A DNA stretch of 64,000 bases from Candidatus Pelearchaeum maunauluense (GTDB taxonomy: Archaea > Thermoproteota > Nitrososphaeria_A > Caldarchaeales > Caldarchaeaceae). The position numbers and the translations under genes were made by a program. Shown here piece after piece: positions 40,613 through 49,506 of this stretch. A model generated the notes under the pieces. The model ran no database searches and was not told where the DNA came from. It saw nothing but the letters and a program-made list of their open reading frames with translations. Every line of letters begins with the position of its first letter. Position 1 is the stretch's first letter. The stretch is from assembly GCA_030059675.1 (NCBI GenBank), contig JANVYQ010000004.1, forward strand, positions 32,001 to 96,000, given 5' to 3'.

Positions 40613-40966
40613 CTAGAAGCTTATTACGTTGTAGTTTTTGCTTACATTCTCAGCTACAACTGTTGCGGCGTCATCCTCTATCACTAATGTCCTGTCTATC
40701 TTTTCTTCTAGGCCGTATGCGCGTATGTTTCCAGCGCATGCCAAGATTGTTATTCCTAGTTGTTGATACTCTTTTAGGAAGTGTTCCACGTTACTGTATC
40801 TCGCGTCGGTTTTGTCTAGGAGCTTAACTCCTGGCCCTAGGAAGAGAATCTTCACCTCTGATAGCATGTTTCCGCGCTTGATTTTGCGCGCGACCCTTAG
40901 GCCTTGTCTTGCGCGTTCGTAGTTTTCGTGGTCTGATAATATTATTATGAGTAGCTTGTCCGTCAT
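40613..40966 (-). CDS. DsrE family protein
   Basis: VKILFLGPGVKL, GITILACAG, C-terminal YNVISF. Confidence 0.8.
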   Translation of the reverse strand: MTDKLLIIILSDHENYERARQGLRVARKIKRGNMLSEVKILFLGPGVKLLDKTDARYSNVEHFLKEYQQLGITILACAGNIRAYGLEEKIDRTLVIEDDAATVVAENVSKNYNVISF

Positions 40967-40996
40967 GGTTCTCGGTTTACGCGGGTTGTTGCGTAT

Positions 40997-41521
40997 TTAT
41001 GGGTTGGTCTGCTTGGTGGTGCTTAGTATCTGCTCAGGCTTTATGACCGCTATACCCGTGGCGCCCCCCAAGACTTCTATCAGGACTATCCACTCGGGGT
41101 TCTCTAAGCTGACCTTCCTATCCACGTTGCTCGCCGCCGCTTCTATTATCTCCCTGCTGGAGAGCTTCGTATGGCGTTTCTCGACTGTAACCCTGTAGGT
41201 GGCGTTCTCGGGTATTTTGCTGGCCAGCTTCTTAACAGCCTCAGCTACCCTCTCGGGCCTGGTCTCCACTACCTCTTCTATTGGGATTAGCCGCATGAGA
41301 TAGCTAATTCTCCATGGTTCTTTCTCCAGTATTGTACGCACCTGCTCTATTACGTTGAAGGGGTCTAGGCTTGTGTTTGCTGTGAGAAGCCCAGCTATGC
41401 GTGTCATGTTTATGCTTGGGTTTTCATCCCCCAGTGAGCGGAGCAGCTCACCCAGCTCCGTTGCTGCCAGCGGCTCCTGGCCTCGGAGCGACGTTGCTAT
41501 AAGGTTAAAACGCTCAACCAC
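40997..41521 (-). CDS. THUMP-domain RNA-binding protein
   Basis: FNLIATS.RG.E, TYRVTVEKR, KVSLENPEWIVLIEVLG. Confidence 0.9.
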   Translation of the reverse strand: MVERFNLIATSLRGQEPLAATELGELLRSLGDENPSINMTRIAGLLTANTSLDPFNVIEQVRTILEKEPWRISYLMRLIPIEEVVETRPERVAEAVKKLASKIPENATYRVTVEKRHTKLSSREIIEAAASNVDRKVSLENPEWIVLIEVLGGATGIAVIKPEQILSTTKQTNP

Positions 41522-41612
41522 GCTCTTAACATGATACGAGCCTATAATATACCCTTAAGCCCTCCCCTCTCGGAAAGGATTTTAACCACAGCTCCGCCAA
41601 TACCTAGAAGAA

Positions 41613-42290
41613 GTGGCAGGCTTGGTGCCGCGGCGGATACTCTTCACCAGGCTTATTGACTTTATGGCTAGTCAGGGTTATAGGGTTGTTGACGAGTCTA
41701 TTGGTGAGGGGTTTATACGGTTTAGGGACTCTAGCCGCGAGGTTGTGCTGCGCGTTGTTGAGGATACAAGCCGCGATGAGGTTCTCTCAACCGTCATACA
41801 AGCAGCATTTGACGCGGCTTCGGGAAAGGCTGCGTATGTTGCAATGCCTATAGAGCTTGTCTCAAAGATAGGCGACCATGCCTTCAGGATACACCGAATA
41901 GGTGTGTTGGTCTATGACAGCCATAGCGTTTTTGAGCTTGTAAGCGGCGAGCCACGCGGCAAGGCTAAACAAGCAGCAATCAACAAGGAAGATAGGAATG
42001 ACGAGCGCTTCGCCGTTATGCTGGAATCACTCTCGGCGCGATTGACGCGGCTTGAGGAGGCTATGGCGCGCCTCGCGCTCCTTGACGAGCTTAGGACGCG
42101 GCTAGACATCTTGGAGGGTATGGTCCTAAGCCAGAAGACGCGGAAGGCTGTAGAGGAGGAAAGGTCTGGTAAGCCTGCGCAGGTGGAGGTAGTTAAAGAG
42201 CCCGTGGAGCATGCTGAAACAGGGAGAGAGCTTCCCTCATTCCTCAGGGAAAACCCCTGGCTGGACATACTTTCGGGCAAGTCTTCATAA
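41613..42290 (+). CDS. Arcadin-2-like crenactin-binding protein
   Basis: Immediately upstream of crenactin. The C-terminal ENPWLDILSGK resembles the crenactin-binding helix of Pyrobaculum arcadin-2; central coiled coil. Confidence 0.75.
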   Translation: MAGLVPRRILFTRLIDFMASQGYRVVDESIGEGFIRFRDSSREVVLRVVEDTSRDEVLSTVIQAAFDAASGKAAYVAMPIELVSKIGDHAFRIHRIGVLVYDSHSVFELVSGEPRGKAKQAAINKEDRNDERFAVMLESLSARLTRLEEAMARLALLDELRTRLDILEGMVLSQKTRKAVEEERSGKPAQVEVVKEPVEHAETGRELPSFLRENPWLDILSGKSS

Positions 42291-42326
42291 CCTTAAAACA
42301 GGCTTTAGCTGCTGCTTTATGCTGGG

Positions 42327-43601
42327 TTGTTTGAGGAGGAGTATAAGCGGCGGTATGTATTCGGCGCCGACTATGGGACTAGCGACTTTAAGTACGGCCC
42401 CATAACGCAGGGAGAGAAGCCACTCGTCGTTGAGAATCGCGGCTATTTTCCAGAGCCATCTATTGTAGCGAGCATACTGGGCACTGTCAGGGAGGTGGTC
42501 GTCGGTAAGGATGTGCCGCTCTTCCTTGAGAGTGGCGCAGACCTTGCCACGCGGCTGGTCTATCCAATGAGGAGCGGGACTATTGCTAAAGATGATTCCC
42601 GCTCGTGGAGGGTGATTAAGGAGCTTACGCTTATGGCTCTAAAGGAGTTTAGGCCAGGAGGCTTCGGCTTCAGAGGCTTCTACCTGGTGGCAGCCCTCTC
42701 AGCCATAGCCCCGCGCTACATGTATGAGACGCTCTTCGAGATTTATCGCGAGATAGCGCGTGAGGATAACTTGATTCACTCAGCCACAATCATACCACAG
42801 CCCCTCGCCGTTGCGATTGCCCATAAGACTACCTCCTGCGTTGTTGTTGAGAGTGGACATGGGAATACGCAGGTTGCCCCAATATCACGCGCCCCTATTA
42901 GGGGCGCTGTTGTCGCGCTCAACAGGGGTGGGAGCGAAGCCAACGCCATAACCGCTGAGATACTTAAAGACGCTGGTTATGGCGACCTAGCGCGCGAGGA
43001 AGCGCTTGTACGACGGGTAAAGGAGAACCTAGGGCTCCTCCCACTAGACCTAGACCGCGCAATCTCATACGCCAAGTCAAACCCAGAAGCGGTAAGAGCG
43101 GTCTATCAAGTTCCTGGCACTAGGATAAAGATAGACCTAGGAGAGAACTCTTGGGCCAGGTTCCTGATAGGCGAATATGTCTTCGACCCTAATCACGAGT
43201 TGTTCCAGAGCTATTTTAGGCGTGGCATGCCTAGGCCGCGCGATGCTAAGGTTGGTGATATAGTGTTCTATGGGATGCTCAACCTGGCTGACACGATAAT
43301 CACCTCTATAGAGCGCTGCCCCGTGGAGCTTCAGCCCCACCTCTACGGGCAGGTCATCCTCTCTGGCGGGAACTTCTCGTGGAGGCCGCCAGAGGGCTTG
43401 AAGGGCATAGCGGTTGACGCCGAGACCAAGCTAAGCCGCATGCTACGCCAGCGCGGAGTGGAGAATGCTAAAGTCACGTTATCCCCAGAGCCTCAATACG
43501 CAGTATGGCGCGGCTGCATCGTCTTTGGGTACGCAGTACCAGCGAACTACCAGTGGAGTTGGGAGAGGATGGAAGGCTGGATAAACCTAACCAAAACATA
43601 G
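42327..43601 (+). CDS. Crenactin (archaeal actin)
   Basis: DYGTSDFKYG (phosphate 1), YPMRSG, IPQPLAVAIA, VVESGHGNTQVAPI (phosphate 2), ILSGG, PQYAVWRG. Confidence 0.93.
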   Translation: MFEEEYKRRYVFGADYGTSDFKYGPITQGEKPLVVENRGYFPEPSIVASILGTVREVVVGKDVPLFLESGADLATRLVYPMRSGTIAKDDSRSWRVIKELTLMALKEFRPGGFGFRGFYLVAALSAIAPRYMYETLFEIYREIAREDNLIHSATIIPQPLAVAIAHKTTSCVVVESGHGNTQVAPISRAPIRGAVVALNRGGSEANAITAEILKDAGYGDLAREEALVRRVKENLGLLPLDLDRAISYAKSNPEAVRAVYQVPGTRIKIDLGENSWARFLIGEYVFDPNHELFQSYFRRGMPRPRDAKVGDIVFYGMLNLADTIITSIERCPVELQPHLYGQVILSGGNFSWRPPEGLKGIAVDAETKLSRMLRQRGVENAKVTLSPEPQYAVWRGCIVFGYAVPANYQWSWERMEGWINLTKT

Positions 43602-43699
43602 CCGTTAGGGTCTCAAAGTGGTAAAGAAACTTCGAGCCCGCTGAACTGTGATGATTGGTGGACCGACAGAGCTTTCCCCACGGGGATACCCTAACGGCT
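43600..43699. ncRNA. Candidate structured RNA: 12-bp terminal stem with internal C/D-like boxes
   Basis: AGCCGTTAGGGT (43600-43611) pairs perfectly with ACCCTAACGGCT (43688-43699); CTGA at 43641, GTGATGA at 43648, CAGA at 43667. Confidence 0.45.
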
Positions 43700-43917
43700 G
43701 CGAAAATAAACTACTGCTCTTCTCTCTAATATTTCTTTTTATATCTAATGGTTTTAGGCTGTTTTCTTGGATGCTTCACATATCTGGAATCTTAACGCCT
43801 TGGCTATCCTAGGCATTGTTTGCGTTGTGTGGGCATCACAGCTTTATGAAAGTGCGTAAGGTATTTGGAGAGTATTAGTACGTAGCGATTGCCCGTTCTG
43901 GCATAGTCCGAAATATA

Positions 43918-44011
43918 TGCGGCCGGCGGGATTTGAACCCGCGACTTTGGGGCGTGCCCCTTCAGCTTGGGGTCGGGGCCCCCACGTCCTGCCTGGCTAG
44001 ACCACGGCCGC
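43918..44011 (-). tRNA. tRNA-Gly-like gene (CCC?) with atypical anticodon arm and a 20-nt insertion
   Basis: Gly-type acceptor GCGGCCG/CGGCCGC-A with intact D- and T-arms; TGGGG-GCCCCGA-CCCCA followed by 20 extra nt. Confidence 0.7.
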
Positions 44012-44064
44012 TCTAGGGTGTTGTTTCTAGGCAACGGTATTTAAAAGTAGCAGCCACCTTTTTC

Positions 44065-45720
44065 TCATGTCTTTAGGGTAGCTTTAAGCTCTGAGATGCG
44101 TGCCTCTATCTCCTCGTTGGAGAGCTTCCTAAACAGGGGCTTCGGCTCCCTTATCCTATGCCCTGGCCTTATATCGGCGTATATGTCGCTCCACTTGGGC
44201 GGGCTCGGCAGGTTAAGATACTCACGCGTCCTCTCGGCGGTGAAGGGTAGGAAGGGATAGGATAGGACGGAGAGAGCATTAACTATACGCAGTGCATAAA
44301 ATATCGTGGAGGGCGCGTTCTCCTTATTCCTCCAAGGCTCCTTTTCGTTCAGAAATCTATTCCCCTGTTGGGCCAGGTCTAGGACGGTCTTCATCCCGTC
44401 CCTAAACTCGCAGCGCTCAAGATGCTGCTCAACACGCTGGGCTGCCTCGCCTATCCACCCACCAACAACTTCTGCGTCCCGCTCATCATCCGCCTCTGGA
44501 ACAACGCCGCCAAACATGTTCCAAGTAAACGATAGAACTCGGTGAATGAAGTTGGCCAACGTCCCTATCAACTCGCTATTAACACGGAGCTGAAAATCAC
44601 GCCACCTGAAGTCCGTGTCCTTCCCCTCGGGGGCTGTCACGAGAGCGTAGAACCTTATGAGGTCTGGGTCAAAATACTTCAGCATTTCATGAAGCCATAC
44701 AGCCCACCCGCGGCTGGTGGAGATCTTCTGTCCCTCAAGATTAACAAACTCATTAACGACTACGTTGTACGGTAGTATATAATCACCATGCGCTATGAGG
44801 ATTGCTGGGAAGAGTATGGTGTGGAAGAAGAGGTTGTCCTTCCCTATGAAACAGTATAGTTTAGTTTCCTTATCAAGCCAATACCTGCGCCAGGCGTCTG
44901 GCTCTCCCCTCTCCTCAGCCCAGTCGCGGGTTGCAGATACGTATCCAAGTAGGTTCTCAACCCAGTTGTATAGCACCTGCCCCTCGGCGCCTGGGAAGGG
45001 GGCTGGCGGCCCCCAGTCATAGTCGCGTGTAATGTCCTTGTCGCGCAGCCCCTCCCGCTCAAGCCACGAGATAGTCTTATTATAGGTGGACTTCCTCCAG
45101 TAGGTTTTGGGCCTAACATACTCCAGAACCTTCTCGGTGAGTGCTGAGAGCTTGAGGAAGAAGTGGGTCTTCTCAACTATCTCTGGCTTGGCTCCGCAGA
45201 TGCTGCACTTGGGGTCTCGTAGCTCAAAAGCCTCGTAGAAGCTTCCGCACACCTCACAGACATCGCCGTACTGCTCTGGAGCGCCGCATACTGGGCAGGA
45301 GCCTTTAACAAACCTGTCTGGGAGAACTTTCTTATCCACCGGGCAGTACCACTGCTTTATCTCCTTGGGGTAGATGTAGCCCTTCTCCCAGAGACGGCGG
45401 TAGAACTCCTCAACGGTTTTGTAGTGTATTAGCTTTGAGGTTCTGGAGAAGATGTCAAAGCTTATCCCCAGCTTCTCAAACGTCTCCTTCTGCTGTGGGT
45501 ATGTGAGGTCGCATAGCTGCTGAGGCGTTAGCCCGCGTCTAAGCGCCTCTAACACGATGCTGGAAGCGTTCTCATCAGTTCCGCAGACAAATAATGTATC
45601 GTTCCCCCTTATCCTGTTGTATCTGGCGAATACATCCGCGGGTAGGTAAGCTCCTGCTAGATGACCAAAGTGCCTAGGAGCGTAGCTGTATGGAAGTGCT
45701 GCCGTGATTAGCGTCTTTAG
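44065..45720 (-). CDS. metG: Methionyl-tRNA synthetase (no canonical start codon before the HIGH motif)
   Basis: ITAALPY...HFGH, GTDEN, Zn knuckles, FIGKDNLFFH, KISTS. The frame opens after TGA at 45727-45729. Confidence 0.93.
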   Translation of the reverse strand, partial: LKTLITAALPYSYAPRHFGHLAGAYLPADVFARYNRIRGNDTLFVCGTDENASSIVLEALRRGLTPQQLCDLTYPQQKETFEKLGISFDIFSRTSKLIHYKTVEEFYRRLWEKGYIYPKEIKQWYCPVDKKVLPDRFVKGSCPVCGAPEQYGDVCEVCGSFYEAFELRDPKCSICGAKPEIVEKTHFFLKLSALTEKVLEYVRPKTYWRKSTYNKTISWLEREGLRDKDITRDYDWGPPAPFPGAEGQVLYNWVENLLGYVSATRDWAEERGEPDAWRRYWLDKETKLYCFIGKDNLFFHTILFPAILIAHGDYILPYNVVVNEFVNLEGQKISTSRGWAVWLHEMLKYFDPDLIRFYALVTAPEGKDTDFRWRDFQLRVNSELIGTLANFIHRVLSFTWNMFGGVVPEADDERDAEVVGGWIGEAAQRVEQHLERCEFRDGMKTVLDLAQQGNRFLNEKEPWRNKENAPSTIFYALRIVNALSVLSYPFLPFTAERTREYLNLPSPPKWSDIYADIRPGHRIREPKPLFRKLSNEEIEARISELKATLKT

Positions 45721-45819
45721 GGCTTTTCACCCTAGAGCACTACCTCGTCCTCAGTCTTATTTTTGCCTTACGTCATGGTATGGGGAGGGTTCTTAAACCC
45801 CCAAAGCATGTTTGGCCTC

Positions 45820-46002
45820 TTGGGCATGGGGGGCAGCAAGATTAGGCGCTGTAAGGTGTGCGGGGCTTATACGCTTAAGGAGCGCTGCCCCTCCTGCGGC
45901 GGCGAAACGGCAAGCCCACACCCACCCCCATTCTCCCTAGATGACAAATATCTGGATATACTCGTGCGCGTGAGACAGAAGAGGCGTGCTGAGGGTATAT
46001 AA
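45820..46002 (+). CDS. nop10: H/ACA RNP protein Nop10
   Basis: IRRCKVCGAYTLKERCPSCGGETASPHPPPFSLDDKY. Confidence 0.93.
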   Translation: MGMGGSKIRRCKVCGAYTLKERCPSCGGETASPHPPPFSLDDKYLDILVRVRQKRRAEGI

Positions 46003-46088
46003 AGAGAGCTCCCAACCCAGGCGATAAGATTGGGTTAAGGAGATAAATAGCTGGGGGTATCGTTAATGCGTAGCAGGGTTGGTTAGGG

Positions 46089-46844
46089 TTGGAGACCCGT
46101 ATAATCACGTTTGATGGCTCCGAGACTAAGGCAAGTATAGTGATAGAAGCATCTCCCACACCAGGGGCTGCTGGGCTTATCGCTGGAAACTTCCTCATAG
46201 AGAGCCTTGAGGCTAAGAAGGTTGCTGAGGTTGTCTCGCCGTTTTTCCCGCAGATAAGCCTGATAAACGACCAGGGGATAGCATCACGGCCAAAGATTGA
46301 GATATACATAGCTGACGTGCAGGGAAGGAAGATTCTCCTGATGTCTAGGAATTTTCCAGTAGAGAGTAATGAGGGCAGCCATATCCTTGCGCGTAAGCTC
46401 TACGAGTTTCTGGCTGAGCGTGGCGTGGTTGAGTATTATGTTTTTGCCAGCGGCAGGATAACGGGAGAGCGCGGTGTGTATGTCTCATCAACAAGTATTG
46501 ATGAGGTAAAGTCATTCCTCGCGGCGGGGGCTAGGCTCTCCCCCTCACTGGAAAGCCTGCCTGTGGATAAGCTCACAGGGTTCTTGATGATGTTCTTCGC
46601 CCGCGAGAAGAAGCGAGTATTCCTACTGCTCTCAGACACGCCCTCATACTTCCCAGACCCGCTCGCGGCCCGCCGCCTGCTAGAGGTGTTCTCACGAGGC
46701 ACGCAGCTCCAGCTAGACTTCTCAAAGCTTGATGCTGAGATTGAGAAGCAGCGCCGCGTTATGGAGGAGGTGGAGCAGGGCGCCCTAGGGCTTGCTGGCG
46801 AGCGGGAGGAGAAATCATCCAGAGAGCCGTTCTACATCGGCTAG
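46089..46844 (+). CDS. Proteasome assembly chaperone PAC2 family protein
   Basis: GLIAGNFLIESL, FFPQ, YFPDPLAA, C-terminal FYIG; the nop10-adjacent position is typical. Confidence 0.8.
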   Translation: METRIITFDGSETKASIVIEASPTPGAAGLIAGNFLIESLEAKKVAEVVSPFFPQISLINDQGIASRPKIEIYIADVQGRKILLMSRNFPVESNEGSHILARKLYEFLAERGVVEYYVFASGRITGERGVYVSSTSIDEVKSFLAAGARLSPSLESLPVDKLTGFLMMFFAREKKRVFLLLSDTPSYFPDPLAARRLLEVFSRGTQLQLDFSKLDAEIEKQRRVMEEVEQGALGLAGEREEKSSREPFYIG

Positions 46845-48988
46845 CTCTCGGGATACAGCACCTCGTAGATATAGACGTAGGCAAAAGCCCTGTATGGTGG
46901 GCTTGAAGCGTAAACCAGCCTAAAATGTTCTAGCTGCGGCTCCTCGTAGATGAGCTGCGTCGTAGTACCTATCTGTCGTGGCTTGTATGGTATTAGCTGG
47001 CCTAGTAGCGTCTCTTGCCAGAACTTGTCGGTTGGGTTGAAGTTCTGGTCCATGTATTCCGACTCTTCAAACTGGTATCCTACCTGCTTAGCTATCCTGA
47101 GCATCCATATCCACTTCCCATCCTCACCGAAACCTAGGAACGTGCCAGAGACCTGACCTCCCTGGATTGAGAACAGGCCCGTAACGAATATTACCACGTG
47201 GGTGACGCCGTGCCTCCTGAAAACATCAACCGCTACCTTCTCATCCGACATGAATGCATAGGCTACCTCTCCAATCTGCGTGCTGTTGAGGGTGGCGTTG
47301 TCAATTAATGTAGTCTTGTTACCCAGAACCGTTATCCAGTAGCCATAGTCCCACCAGGAAGCTACTACGGCGTCGCTGGGTAGGTTGTCGCGCATCCAGG
47401 CCAGCGCTTTAGGCCAAGCGTCCTCAAACCCCCTTATGGGTATACTACTGCTCAGCAGTGTTACGGGCTGGTATCCCTGGTCAACGGGTGATATGCTGGT
47501 TCCGCGTAGGTTTATTCCACCGTAAACCCCTGGGAGGATGCTGTAGGAGATGAAGAATAGTATGAGTAGGGGCGTGAGTATAGCGTAGGATTTAGGTATT
47601 GCTATGTGGCGTTTTCTGGTGCTTGCTGAGGCGCTCAATAGCTGGCCTAGTGAGCTGAAGAGTGATGTGAAGGCCTGGCCAGCCGCCAACGCTACTGCTG
47701 GCGCCGCTATCAGAACTAGCCTAACCATAGAGGCTGAGAAGTAGATGCTCAATATTGTGAAGAGGGCTATGAAGAGGCTTGTCTGGTCTGCTCTCCGCAG
47801 CATGACGTACAGCCCGTAGGGGACGAAGAGGAGGAGCACTCCGAAGTCGGAGAAGAGGACGGCCCAGGTTGATAGCTGGTTCTCGGCAACCGACTCAATA
47901 ATGGGCAGTTCGTCTCTAAGCCATGGCAGGAGGACGGATAGGAACTTGAGGGATGGCACTCTAATAGCGTTAGCCGCTATGGCGACGCCCATTATGATGA
48001 TACCCGCTATTATCACCAAGTAGGGTAGTGTCCGCCTAATCGTTGTAGAGCCTATGTGTGAAGCGATTTCAAAAACAATCAAGAGCCCTATTGAGAGTAT
48101 GCCTGTGAATAGCGTAAATTCAAACAGGTATCTAACCCCTAGTTTGGGAACCATTATAGCTATGAGCGCGTAGGTGGCGTAAGTTATTGCTGTAGCTGTT
48201 AGGAGCTGTGTCCTATACCTTCCTATGAGCGCGAGGAAGACTGTGAAGAGCGGTATGAATGCTAGTGGAAATTTATGCGCTCCCCAGCTTGCGGCCATGA
48301 AGCCTAGTAGAAGGCCAGAAAGTATGGAGTAAGCCACGACGCCTTTCTCACTCCTCCCCTCCTTTATGGCGAGCAGGAAGAGGAGATAACCCCCAAGCAT
48401 CAGGGGTATGCTCAAGCTCTCATCATCAAACCACCCTAGGTGGGTTCTCCCTATGTGGGCAGCGCTTATAGCCAAGAATAATGCTGCCGCAAGGCCTGTG
48501 GGGCCGCCCCCAAGCTCTCGCCCCAAGAAGTAGATTGCAATAACCGCCACGACGCCATAAACTACTGGGAGCATAGCCGCAAGCTCGAGAGGGTCTACAC
48601 GAACTCCCATCATAGCTAGGATGTTGTAGATGAATGCCATGGAGAAGGGAAGTCCTGGGAAGGCTGTTATCCCAACGTCGCGGCCGTATGGGTACCATGA
48701 CGAGTAGTCGTGCCAGTTGAAGAACTCTATGAAGCCTCCCCATCCCCTATCTATGATGAACCGCGCCTCCTTAAACTGCATCCAGGGGTCAAACTCTGAG
48801 AGCGCGACACCCCATCTTATCGGGAGTACGCGGAGTATGAATGCTATAGCGAGTATTAGGGCTAGTATGGAGAGCTCTATAACGTATTGCCTCCCTCCAA
48901 ACCGTCTATCTATGCTTCTCAAGACTTCAAAGAATGTGCCTACGCCTCGCAAAGCCTCCACCGCAGCGCGTCTCTCCCCGCTCATCAC
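46841..48988 (-). CDS. aglB: Oligosaccharyltransferase catalytic subunit AglB/STT3
   Basis: EFDPW, SWYPYGR, FDDE, SVAENQ, WWDYG, DNATLN, DGKWIWMLRIA (DK motif). Confidence 0.96.
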   Translation of the reverse strand: MMSGERRAAVEALRGVGTFFEVLRSIDRRFGGRQYVIELSILALILAIAFILRVLPIRWGVALSEFDPWMQFKEARFIIDRGWGGFIEFFNWHDYSSWYPYGRDVGITAFPGLPFSMAFIYNILAMMGVRVDPLELAAMLPVVYGVVAVIAIYFLGRELGGGPTGLAAALFLAISAAHIGRTHLGWFDDESLSIPLMLGGYLLFLLAIKEGRSEKGVVAYSILSGLLLGFMAASWGAHKFPLAFIPLFTVFLALIGRYRTQLLTATAITYATYALIAIMVPKLGVRYLFEFTLFTGILSIGLLIVFEIASHIGSTTIRRTLPYLVIIAGIIIMGVAIAANAIRVPSLKFLSVLLPWLRDELPIIESVAENQLSTWAVLFSDFGVLLLFVPYGLYVMLRRADQTSLFIALFTILSIYFSASMVRLVLIAAPAVALAAGQAFTSLFSSLGQLLSASASTRKRHIAIPKSYAILTPLLILFFISYSILPGVYGGINLRGTSISPVDQGYQPVTLLSSSIPIRGFEDAWPKALAWMRDNLPSDAVVASWWDYGYWITVLGNKTTLIDNATLNSTQIGEVAYAFMSDEKVAVDVFRRHGVTHVVIFVTGLFSIQGGQVSGTFLGFGEDGKWIWMLRIAKQVGYQFEESEYMDQNFNPTDKFWQETLLGQLIPYKPRQIGTTTQLIYEEPQLEHFRLVYASSPPYRAFAYVYIYEVLYPES

Positions 48989-49083
48989 GTGAATTTAAGC
49001 CAATCGCCAAGTCTGTCAGACCTGAGAATGACGTGTTGGGAGATGTGGTTAAATACGCGCTACTGGATTGGCTTCATGCCAGC

Positions 49084-49506
49084 ATGTCGCATAGGAAGGA
49101 GCGAGGAAAGACCGCAGAACCCCTCTTTACACGGATTGTGGATTCTCTTACAAACCTATCACAATCAAAGACTGTCCGTAACATAATCATAATCCTAGTT
49201 ATCGTGGCGATAATCGCTATAGCAAGCGGCCTTCCATATAACATGACAGTGGAGAGCATCGGTGTGGCGTTTATAGGCGGAAGCATAAGGGTATTCATCC
49301 CAAGCCTTCGCGCCCAGACGTATGCAGAACTGCTGGTAACCAGCACGTTCTACATATTCGGCTTCATAGGAATACTTCTCTATATACTGGCTTCGCAGCA
49401 GGTTGGCAGCCCTAGGAGCAATAGGTATATGATAATCTTCAGCGTCCTGCTCTTGTTGTTTGCTTTTCTGGGGCTTATAGGTGGTTTCATATCCAAGCTG
49501 GGCTAG
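49084..49506 (+). CDS. OSTC/DC2 (OST3/OST6 TM-module)-like oligosaccharyltransferase accessory subunit
   Basis: About 140 aa with 3 TM; SGLPYNM...FIPSLRAQTYAE...GFIGILL...FISK parallels the GGIIYD...QYIME...GGLGFI...K pattern of DC2. Divergent from aglB. Confidence 0.72.
   Translation: MSHRKERGKTAEPLFTRIVDSLTNLSQSKTVRNIIIILVIVAIIAIASGLPYNMTVESIGVAFIGGSIRVFIPSLRAQTYAELLVTSTFYIFGFIGILLYILASQQVGSPRSNRYMIIFSVLLLLFAFLGLIGGFISKLG

Noticed and set aside
43620-43660. Hammerhead ribozyme (GAAAC plus TGATGA)
   Set aside because: The core is GTGATGA rather than CTGANGA, and the three required stems could not be built.
43700-43917. Possible integrase remnant at the 3' end of the tRNA-Gly-like gene (ORF 43804-44034)
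   Set aside because: The ORF runs through the tRNA, has no tyrosine-recombinase motif, and no att duplication was found.
43940-43975. Reading the tRNA-like gene as tRNA-Phe through the internal CT-GAA-G
   Set aside because: No 5-bp stem flanks that loop, and the acceptor stem is Gly-type.
48934-49083. Long N-terminal extension of the OSTC-like ORF overlapping aglB
   Set aside because: A TATA-like TTAAATA at about 49049-49055 and the aglB overlap favour ATG 49084.
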